Positions 1-7,070 of a DNA stretch of 32,000 bases are shown here, piece by piece (the first letter of the stretch is position 1; the number at the start of each line of letters is the position of its first letter). Both the position numbers and the translations under genes were made by a program. The DNA lies in assembly GCF_001564455.1 (NCBI RefSeq), contig NZ_CP011391.1, positions 810,001-842,000 of the forward strand, given 5' to 3'. The notes under the pieces were generated by a model. That model saw nothing but the letters and a program-made list of their open reading frames with translations, was not told where the DNA came from and ran no database searches. The stretch comes from Faecalibaculum rodentium (GTDB lineage: Bacteria > Bacillota_I > Bacilli_A > Erysipelotrichales > Erysipelotrichaceae).

Positions 1-1
1 G

Positions 2-1486
2 GCGGTGGACCGGGAAGCGGAGCTGGAGTTTGTGACGGAATATGCACCGGATATCGAGGACTGCATCCATGATCTGGAGCAAAGGCTGCCAGCTGGTACA
101 GACAATCCCCGGTTTGCGGCTCTGGCGCTTCTGGAGCACGATCCGGAAATCATGGTCAGATATCCGGATCTGGCCAAAGGAACCCCGGATTTCGGTGACC
201 GCATCATCAACGGGAAATACGATACAATTGAAAAAATCATGCCGGAGGTGCTGCTGGGGAAGGAAGCAAGCGATTCTTTCACCGACAAAGTGGATGATGT
301 GGTGCTTCGGCCGTTCTGGGGTGTTCTGATTTTCCTGGCGGTCATGGGGCTCGTGTTCGCACTCACGTTCAATGTGGGGGACTGGCTTTCCGGGTGGCTG
401 GAAACGCTGATTGACTGGTTCACGCAGGGAGTCGGCACGCTGCTCGAAACCATGCACGCATCCCCCTGGGTCATCAACCTGGTATGCGATGGCATCATCT
501 CCGGAGTTGGAGGCATTCTGACGTTCCTGCCCAATGTAACGATCCTCTTCATCGCTCTTGCGTTTCTGGAGGATTCCGGGTATATGAGCCGGGTGGCGTA
601 TGTGATGAACGACATTATGGAACACCTGGGTCTGTCCGGCCGGGCGTTCATCCCCATGGTCCTGGGGTTTGGCTGCACGGTTCCGGCCATCATGGCCAGC
701 CGCACACTGGAGTCCTGGAAAGACAGGTTCCGGGTGATGCTGGTAACGCCCTTCATGAGCTGTTCTGCAAAACTGCCGATCTACATCCTGTTTTCCGGTA
801 TGTTTTTTGGTCAGTATGCGATGTGGGCGGCGTATTCCATGTACCTGATCGGGATTCTGGTGGCGCTGGCAGTGACCTGGCTGCTGCACATTACAGACAG
901 ATCGGCCCAGGTCCAGCCGCTCCTGATTGAACTGCCGGCCTACAAACGGCCTTCCGCGTATACGATCTATGTCTACGTTTGGGACAAGGTGAAGGATTTC
1001 CTGGAAAAAGCGGGAACCACTATTTTTGTGGCAAGCATCCTTCTGTGGTTCCTGATGCATCTGGGACCCTCTGGTCTGACAGATGACGTAAGTGTATCCT
1101 TTGCGGCGACACTGGGCCGGGGTCTGGCATGGATCCTGATTCCCTGCGGTCTGGGGTTCTGGCAGATTGCCGTGGCCCTGCTTGCGGGGATCAGTGCCAA
1201 GGAAGTTGTTGTATCCAGCACTGCGGTGCTGTTCGGCATTGCGAATGTCAACAGCTTCGGTGGCATGCAGCAGCTTCACCAGGAACTCCTGGGTATCGGC
1301 TTTGGCCCGCTGAATGCCTGGTGCATGATGCTGTTCTGTCTTCTCTATGTGCCCTGTCTGGCTTCGCTGGCGACGATTCGCCGGGAAGGCGGAGTGCGGA
1401 CCATGGTCACAGGCGCAGCCTTTCAGCTTGGTGTGGCGTGGCTGCTGACATTCGTCACCTGGCAGATCGGATCCCTGCTGTTCTGA
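2..1486 (+). CDS. feoB: Fe(2+) transporter FeoB, helical-linker plus membrane portion; 5' end lies upstream of the window
   Basis: The ORF is open to the window edge. The translation shows a soluble linker followed by many hydrophobic helices with FeoB-type gate motifs (GGILTFLPN, FMSCSAKLPIY, LLAGISAKEVVVS). No GTPase G-motifs are present, so the N-terminus is missing. Confidence 0.85.
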   Translation, partial: AVDREAELEFVTEYAPDIEDCIHDLEQRLPAGTDNPRFAALALLEHDPEIMVRYPDLAKGTPDFGDRIINGKYDTIEKIMPEVLLGKEASDSFTDKVDDVVLRPFWGVLIFLAVMGLVFALTFNVGDWLSGWLETLIDWFTQGVGTLLETMHASPWVINLVCDGIISGVGGILTFLPNVTILFIALAFLEDSGYMSRVAYVMNDIMEHLGLSGRAFIPMVLGFGCTVPAIMASRTLESWKDRFRVMLVTPFMSCSAKLPIYILFSGMFFGQYAMWAAYSMYLIGILVALAVTWLLHITDRSAQVQPLLIELPAYKRPSAYTIYVYVWDKVKDFLEKAGTTIFVASILLWFLMHLGPSGLTDDVSVSFAATLGRGLAWILIPCGLGFWQIAVALLAGISAKEVVVSSTAVLFGIANVNSFGGMQQLHQELLGIGFGPLNAWCMMLFCLLYVPCLASLATIRREGGVRTMVTGAAFQLGVAWLLTFVTWQIGSLLF

Positions 1487-1536
1487 CGGGCTTCGGCTGC
1501 TGAAACAGGACAGCCGGGTGATTTTCAAACTGACAG

Positions 1537-1568
1537 GACCTCCGGATTCAGCCCCGGAGGTCTTTTTT
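1537..1568 (+). terminator. Rho-independent terminator after feoB
   Basis: Perfect 9-bp stem gacctccgg/ccggaggtc with an 8-nt loop, followed by T6 (1563-1568). Confidence 0.8.
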
Positions 1569-1733
1569 CGGGCGTGTAAACATACACCTTTGGTCTGTCC
1601 TGGAGAAAGAGGAAGGTACCTGCACATCCAGACAATGAAGGGGCGACCGAGTCCAGGTGATTTCCATCCACTGCGGGCCGGGTGAAGGGAAACGAACAAA
1701 GAGGACAAAGCAGACAAAATCCGATTTTTTCAG

Positions 1734-1762
1734 TTGAATGACCTATCAACTGTTGCTACAAT
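1734..1762 (+). promoter_or_regulatory. Sigma-A type promoter of the metal-efflux operon
   Basis: TTGAAT (1734-1739), exact 17-nt spacer, TACAAT (1757-1762). Confidence 0.6.
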
Positions 1763-1804
1763 ACAGATAACAATTGAATGAGTGTTCAATCAAGGAGGCA
1801 CACA

Positions 1805-2020
1805 ATGAAAAAGACGTACAAAATGGAAGTGGACTGCGCCAACTGCGCAGCGAAGATGGAAGATGCCATCCGGAAAATTGAAGGGGTCCATGATGCCCGT
1901 GTCAACTTCATGACACAGAAGCTGGTTCTGGACTGCGACGAAGACAGGCTGGATGCAATATTGAAGGAAGCAAAGAAGGCCTGCCGTCGTGTCGACAGCG
2001 ACAGCGTGCTCTGCTGCTGA
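1805..2020 (+). CDS. Stand-alone heavy-metal-associated (HMA) domain protein / metallochaperone, 71 aa
   Basis: AAGGAGG at 1792-1798, 6 nt before ATG 1805. The protein has the HMA ferredoxin-like pattern with metal site DCANCAAK, as in the N-termini of Cd/Zn ATPases. It ends in CC. Confidence 0.8.
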   Translation: MKKTYKMEVDCANCAAKMEDAIRKIEGVHDARVNFMTQKLVLDCDEDRLDAILKEAKKACRRVDSDSVLCC

Positions 2021-2040
2021 CTGATCGGAGGGTCTGCCCA

Positions 2041-3906
2041 ATGACAAAAAAACAGAAAAAGGGTCTGGTCCGCATCGGGATCACGACCCTGCTTTACATT
2101 GCGGGAATTGTTTCCGAACATGCACAATGGCCGGGATTTGTCTGGATCATGGCAGCTGCCTATCTGCTGATCAGTTATGACATTCTGAGAAAATCCGTGA
2201 TCAACATCATGCACGGGGAAATATTTGACGAAAACTTCCTGATGTCTGTAGCCAGTCTGGGAGCCGTGGCCCTCGGACAGCTGGATGAAGCGGTGGCAGT
2301 CATGCTGTTCTATCAGATCGGTGAATGGTTCCAGTCCTATGCAGTCAGCAAATCGAGAAAATCCATTGCCGCCCTGATGGACATCCGGCCGGATTATGCC
2401 AACATCGTGCAGGATGGAAAAATCGTGCAGGTCGATCCGGAGGATGTGCAGCCCGGCACTGTGATCGTGGTGGAACCCGGGGAACGGGTACCGCTGGATG
2501 GCGTGGTGGAATCCGGGACTTCCAGCCTGGATACCTCGGCGCTTACCGGCGAATCTGTCCCGCGGTCGGTTCGACCGGGATCGGACGTGATCTCGGGCTG
2601 CATCAACCAGAGCGGGGTGCTGTATGTAAAGACCACAAAGCCTTACGGGCAGTCCACGGTGGCAAAAGTGCTGGAGCTTGTGGAGAATGCCTCCGACCGG
2701 AAAGCGCCTGCCGAACAGTTCATCACCCGGTTTGCCAGGATCTACACCCCTGTGGTCTGTGCCTTGGCCCTGGCGCTGGCTGTGCTGCCGCCACTGCTGT
2801 TTCAGCAGCCCTGGACGGTCTGGATCTATCGTGCCCTTACCTTCCTGGTGATCTCCTGCCCGTGTGCTCTTGTGATTTCTGTGCCCCTGTCCTTTTTCGG
2901 GGGCATCGGGGGGGCATCCAGGGCCGGGATCCTGGTCAAGGGAAGCACCTATCTGGAGGCGCTCGCGGATGTAAAAACCATGGTGTTCGACAAAACCGGC
3001 ACGATCACACGCGGCACGTTCCAGGTCACGGAGATCAAGCCGGCGGATCTTCCCGCTGAAAGACTGCTGATGTATGCAGCAGCCGCCGAACAGCATTCTT
3101 CACATCCTATTGCCCAGTCCATTCTGCGCAAGGCACAGGAACTTCACGATGCTCCGGTTTTGACGGCAGAAAATGTTCAGGAAATACCGGGGCACGGGGT
3201 CAGTGCGGATGTGGATCACCAGCATATCCTGGCCGGAAATACCAGACTCATGGAATCCCAGGGCATTCCCGTATCCATCCTGCCCGCAGGATCGGGCATG
3301 GGAACGGTGGTTTACATTGCGGTAAACGGAGTCTATGCGGGGATGATTGAAATTTCGGATGAAATCAAGGAAGATTCCGCGACGGCTCTCACGCTTCTTC
3401 GCAGGTATGGGCTGAAGAAATTTGTCATGCTGACAGGAGACAATGAGCAGGTGGCAGAACGCGTTGCCGGCCAGATAGGCATAGATGAGTATCATGCCAG
3501 CCTTCTGCCGCAGGACAAAGTGGAAATCCTGACCCGGCTCCTGTCCCAGGACAAAACGGCTTTTGTCGGGGACGGCATCAATGATGCCCCGGTCCTGGCT
3601 GCGGCGGATGTTGGCATTGCCATGGGGGCACTGGGAAGTGATGCAGCGATAGAAGCTGCGGATGTCGTGCTCATGAAGGACCGGCTTACGCAGATCGTGA
3701 CGGCAATCGCCATAGCGCACAAGACACTGCGGATCGTCCGCGAAAACATCGTGTTCGCATTGGGAGTGAAAGTGCTGATCCTGATTCTGGGAGCCCTGGG
3801 ACTGGCCAACATGTGGGCTGCTGTATTTGCGGACGTCGGTGTGGCCTTCCTGTGCATCCTCAATGCCATGCGGTGTCTGAGAGTGCCGGAGATTCCGCTG
3901 GACTGA
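2041..3906 (+). CDS. cadA: P1B-2 type heavy-metal (Zn2+/Cd2+/Pb2+) translocating P-type ATPase without an N-terminal HMA domain
   Basis: GGAGGG at 2027-2032, 8 nt before the ATG. Motifs present: DKTGT, TGES, GDGINDAP; TM6 CPCALVISVP (CPCx4SxP); TM7 N-x7-K (NIVFALGVK); TM8 DVG (DxG). Confidence 0.9.
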   Translation: MTKKQKKGLVRIGITTLLYIAGIVSEHAQWPGFVWIMAAAYLLISYDILRKSVINIMHGEIFDENFLMSVASLGAVALGQLDEAVAVMLFYQIGEWFQSYAVSKSRKSIAALMDIRPDYANIVQDGKIVQVDPEDVQPGTVIVVEPGERVPLDGVVESGTSSLDTSALTGESVPRSVRPGSDVISGCINQSGVLYVKTTKPYGQSTVAKVLELVENASDRKAPAEQFITRFARIYTPVVCALALALAVLPPLLFQQPWTVWIYRALTFLVISCPCALVISVPLSFFGGIGGASRAGILVKGSTYLEALADVKTMVFDKTGTITRGTFQVTEIKPADLPAERLLMYAAAAEQHSSHPIAQSILRKAQELHDAPVLTAENVQEIPGHGVSADVDHQHILAGNTRLMESQGIPVSILPAGSGMGTVVYIAVNGVYAGMIEISDEIKEDSATALTLLRRYGLKKFVMLTGDNEQVAERVAGQIGIDEYHASLLPQDKVEILTRLLSQDKTAFVGDGINDAPVLAAADVGIAMGALGSDAAIEAADVVLMKDRLTQIVTAIAIAHKTLRIVRENIVFALGVKVLILILGALGLANMWAAVFADVGVAFLCILNAMRCLRVPEIPLD

Positions 3907-4027
3907 TCAGCCGTGTCGGTACCTGACAGGCAAGAGTGCTGTCGGGTCAAATGTTCTGACTGAACAAGTGTTTCATGGTATTCTATGTCATATGCATCCG
4001 GCAAGGGATGCGCAGGGAGGAACTGGA

Positions 4028-4513
4028 ATGAGTTTAGGAATGCATTTTTTCAAAGTCCCTGAGACTCTGCTAATTTCAAAGGGCTATACCTCTCCCCGGG
4101 TGGATGACACAGATTTTCTGGGTACCATCATCGGCACGGAAGAAGTCGGATATCTGAATTCCGCCTGGGGCATTCATATCTGGCTGATGAACAACGGAGA
4201 AACACTTCACAAGCGGGGAGACCCGTTCCGTCTGAGCGAACCTGTGCTGAGGAATCTGAAAGCGATGCTGGAACAGGCAGCTGCAGACGGCGAAATCACC
4301 GCCACGGGTGCAGAACCTGATCCCAACAATCTGGTGCTTCGTTACAAAAACGCCTGGAAGTCGGAAAATCCGGAAGGACTGCGTCAGCATTTTCCGTATA
4401 AATTCGACAATATTACCCCTGGAGATGTCATGGAGGGCCTGAAGGTCGTCAATGACATTCTGGAGGATACGGATTTCAGCAAAAATCAGATCTGGTATTA
4501 TCCGTTCTACTGA
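4028..4513 (+). CDS. Hypothetical soluble protein, 161 aa, no family recognised
   Basis: GGGAGG 8 nt upstream of ATG 4028, which is internal to tracked ORF 3968-4513. Protein-like composition, and a strong terminator follows. Confidence 0.6.
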   Translation: MSLGMHFFKVPETLLISKGYTSPRVDDTDFLGTIIGTEEVGYLNSAWGIHIWLMNNGETLHKRGDPFRLSEPVLRNLKAMLEQAAADGEITATGAEPDPNNLVLRYKNAWKSENPEGLRQHFPYKFDNITPGDVMEGLKVVNDILEDTDFSKNQIWYYPFY

Positions 4514-4549
4514 GTCACCTCAGCCGGTGGCTGCACAAAGAGGTCACTG

Positions 4550-4592
4550 CCGGAGAGATGCCTGGAAGCTGCCAGTTGTCTCTCCGGTTTTT
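4550..4592 (+). terminator. Rho-independent terminator
   Basis: ccggagaga (4550-4558) pairs with tctctccgg (4579-4587), followed by T5. Confidence 0.75.
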
Positions 4593-4615
4593 CGTGCAGT
4601 CTCCGGGTGACAGTA

Positions 4616-4624
4616 TGCTATAAT
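4616..4624 (+). promoter_or_regulatory. Extended -10 promoter element (TGCTATAAT)
   Basis: TGnTATAAT match. Its last base is 6 nt before ATG 4631, which implies a leaderless transcript. No good -35 is seen. Confidence 0.45.
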
Positions 4625-4630
4625 TTGCCC

Positions 4631-5341
4631 ATGAATCGCGACAGAACACCGATTATCATCAATCTGGCCTGCGGCTTTCTGGCCGCGGTCTTTCTTGTAT
4701 TTACCATGTTCGCCTTCAGCACTCATGCCGCTGGGCTGGGGATCCTGACACTCGTCCTGTTCCTGGCGGTATGCATCGTCTGGATATGGGCTTTGAAGTC
4801 AGTCCACAGGCAGGTGCCGGGTTCTGCCGGCGGGGATGAAGCGGAGGCGGTGGCGCTGCAGTTTTCGCGGCTGAAACCCAAGTCTTTCCGGGATCAGATC
4901 CGCGTCTGTCAGAAACAGCTGGCAAGACTGCAGGAAAAGACAATGGCGATGGACCAGACGCTGCATGATGCCTTTGGAGATTCCACCATTTCCATAGACC
5001 GGTTCATGACAGGAATCCGGCGGGCCCGCATGCTGTTTCTGGCCAATCAGAAACAGATAGCGGACCGGATCCTGATTTTTGATGAAGAGGGCTACCGTGC
5101 AGCGGTGTCGGCCGGATCGGTCCCGGAAACCTACCAGGATACCTTTGCATTCATAGAGGCGAAAATCAGGGAAAATGAAGAAATTCTGACACGGATCGAC
5201 GAACTGAACGCAAGGGTCCAGCAGCTGACAAATCTGCCTCGTCTGGAAGACAGGAGTGCGATGCGGCAGCTGGATGAACTGATTGAGCAGTCGGGACTGT
5301 ATGGCGGCAGCAAACAAAAAACAGAGAAGGAGATGGACTGA
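4631..5341 (+). CDS. xpaC: XpaC-like membrane protein (two N-terminal TM helices plus a C-terminal coiled-coil region)
   Basis: Two TM segments (IIINLACGFLAAVFLVFTMFAF and GILTLVLFLAVCIVWIWAL) followed by a long helical region. It sits directly upstream of a TelA/YaaN-like gene, as for xpaC-yaaN in Bacillus. The start is uncertain: ATG 4631 or GTG 4607. Confidence 0.55.
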   Translation: MNRDRTPIIINLACGFLAAVFLVFTMFAFSTHAAGLGILTLVLFLAVCIVWIWALKSVHRQVPGSAGGDEAEAVALQFSRLKPKSFRDQIRVCQKQLARLQEKTMAMDQTLHDAFGDSTISIDRFMTGIRRARMLFLANQKQIADRILIFDEEGYRAAVSAGSVPETYQDTFAFIEAKIRENEEILTRIDELNARVQQLTNLPRLEDRSAMRQLDELIEQSGLYGGSKQKTEKEMD

Positions 5342-5342
5342 T

Positions 5343-6497
5343 ATGGCATTTTCAATGGATGTGGATGAACTGAACAGAGAAGAGGTGCTGCAGCCTTTGC
5401 AGCCTGAACCGGAAGTGAAGGAAAAAATCGAAACACAGGCAGAAAGCAACGTCAAGGAAGTCATGGACGTGGATCTGGATTCTCTGGCACAGCGCCGGGA
5501 AATCACGAGCATGATCGACGGATTTGGAACGGATATCGTCCGGCGGTCTTCCGAAAAAAACGAGCTGCTCTCCACCACACTGGGAACACTGTCAAAACAG
5601 GGAGGCGAATCCAGTCAGGTCGTCAATTCTCTCTCCGAACTGGACCGGCAGGTCAGGGACCTGGATCCTTCGGGTGTGGATTTTGGCCGCACAGGCTTCT
5701 TTTCCAAATTCACCAATCCTGTTCGGACCTATTTCCAGAAGTTCGAGAAGGCCGATGGCATGATCGAAAACATCCTGGAAAACCTTGAGCGTGGAAAGCG
5801 CACGCTGCAGAATGACAACACGACGCTGGAAATCGAACAGATGTCTCTGCGGGATCTGACGAAAAAGCTGAACAAACAGATCGAGCTGGGCACACAGATG
5901 GACGCCGCGCTGGAGCGAAGCATCGAGCAGGCAAAAGTGACCAATGCAGATCCTGACAGAATCAAGTTCGCGGAAGAGGAGATCCTGTTCCCTCTGCGGC
6001 AGCGGGTCATGGATATGCAGCAGATGCAGGCGGTGAACCAGCAGGGATATCTCTCCATGGAAATTGTCCGTCGCAACAACAAGGAACTGATCCGGGCAGT
6101 GGAACGGGCGCAGAATGTGACGGTATCCGCGCTTCGGACAGCTGTCACGGTGGCAAGTGCGCTGTATAACCAGAAAATCGTGCTGGAGAAAGTGCAGGCG
6201 GTCAACAAGACGACCAACGATCTGATCAAATCGACCAGTGAAATGCTGAAAACGCAGGGAGCACAGATTCAGCAGACCAGCATGGAAGCCAATATTTCCG
6301 TGGAAACGCTCCAGGAGGCATTCCGCAATACCTTTGATGCAATGGACGCCATTGATGCCTATAAGCAGAAGGCACTGCCCAGAATGCGTGAACAGATTGA
6401 AGCCTTCAAAGTGCTCGCAGACCAGGGAGAAGAGCGGATTTCCCGGATCGAACGGGGAGCCATGGCTGCCGGGCGGATCGAAGAGAAAAACGGATGA
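5343..6497 (+). CDS. telA: TelA/YaaN-family toxic anion resistance protein
   Basis: GAAGGAG 7-8 nt before ATG 5343, and the start lies 1 nt after the upstream stop. The 384-aa all-helical protein matches the length and pattern of the TelA (PF05816-like) family. Confidence 0.75.
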   Translation: MAFSMDVDELNREEVLQPLQPEPEVKEKIETQAESNVKEVMDVDLDSLAQRREITSMIDGFGTDIVRRSSEKNELLSTTLGTLSKQGGESSQVVNSLSELDRQVRDLDPSGVDFGRTGFFSKFTNPVRTYFQKFEKADGMIENILENLERGKRTLQNDNTTLEIEQMSLRDLTKKLNKQIELGTQMDAALERSIEQAKVTNADPDRIKFAEEEILFPLRQRVMDMQQMQAVNQQGYLSMEIVRRNNKELIRAVERAQNVTVSALRTAVTVASALYNQKIVLEKVQAVNKTTNDLIKSTSEMLKTQGAQIQQTSMEANISVETLQEAFRNTFDAMDAIDAYKQKALPRMREQIEAFKVLADQGEERISRIERGAMAAGRIEEKNG

Positions 6498-6655
6498 AGG
6501 GGAGTTCCTATGTAAAGGCGGGGATTTCATTTGGCACTGCACTGGCCATGGTGATTTCCTACGTCAACTGGCATTCTGTCCTGTGGGCGGCATTTCATGG
6601 CCTGCTGGGATGGTTTTACGTGATATATTACGTGCTGTTTTACGGATGGCACTGA
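6494..6655 (+). CDS. Small two-TM membrane protein, 53 aa, below the ORF-track length cut-off
   Basis: Its ATG overlaps the telA stop (ATGA at 6494-6497). Hand translation: MKGSSYVKAGISFGTALAMVISYVNWHSVLWAAFHGLLGWFYVIYYVLFYGWH. A terminator follows 3 nt after the stop. Confidence 0.6.
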   Translation: MKGSSYVKAGISFGTALAMVISYVNWHSVLWAAFHGLLGWFYVIYYVLFYGWH

Positions 6656-6657
6656 CC

Positions 6658-6681
6658 AGGCGGTGGAAACACCGCCTTTTT
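6658..6681 (+). terminator. Rho-independent terminator of the xpaC-telA-sORF operon
   Basis: aggcggtg GAAA caccgcct hairpin followed by a T-run. Confidence 0.85.
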
Positions 6682-6756
6682 CAGCCCTGATACCAGCAGT
6701 ATCAACCGTACCGGACAGTATGCCCGGATTCCACCCATGACATATGTTGGTTTGGC

Positions 6757-6785
6757 TTGACGATGCAGAGAATCTTGGGCATAAT
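6757..6785 (+). promoter_or_regulatory. Sigma-A promoter of the thrS leader
   Basis: TTGACG (6757-6762), 17-nt spacer, CATAAT (6780-6785). Confidence 0.65.
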
Positions 6786-6789
6786 CGAA

Positions 6790-7002
6790 CCAACGATAAC
6801 GAGAAGGCCACGGGATGTCCGGATGGATCAGAGAGGGGTGCGGCTGGTGAAAGCGCCCTGACAAAACGACAGTCTCACTCCCTTTGAATCGCCGGCGAAA
6901 GCCAGTGCCGCAGGACTGCGTTACAGTCTCGAGAGCTCCTGAATTCAGGGGAAAAAAGGTGGTACCGCGCGTCTGACGTCCTTTTGATGTCAGACGTTTT
7001 TT
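6790..7002 (+). promoter_or_regulatory. T-box riboswitch leader (threonine)
   Basis: AG-bulge cagagag; distal loop ctggtgaaagc; T-box sequence aaaaaGGTGGTACCGCG (6953-6969). Antiterminator A1 pairs aaaagg with cctttt. The competing terminator pairs cgtctgacgtc (6970-6980) with gatgtcagacg (6986-6996) and is followed by T6. Thr codons ACA (6861-6863) and ACG (6866-6868) lie in the expected specifier region. Confidence 0.9.
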
Positions 7003-7070
7003 CGTTCCCGTTACAGACAGTCATCCGGCAGGCTGAAGGCAGGCCGGAACAGTATGAAGGAGGATCCCAT

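Noticed and set aside
1786-3096. Long antisense ORFs opposite well-supported genes: 1786-3096, 3100-3720, 5592-6542, 7812-8915, 8669-9466, 9990-10649, 11175-11930, 12653-13375, 21917-22549, 22870-23685, 25110-26021 and 26871-28184.
   Set aside because: Each lies entirely antisense to, or out of frame with, a gene that has strong family motifs. Their translations are low-complexity and rich in R, H, C, G and P, as expected for shadow ORFs in GC-rich coding DNA. None has a convincing ribosome-binding site.
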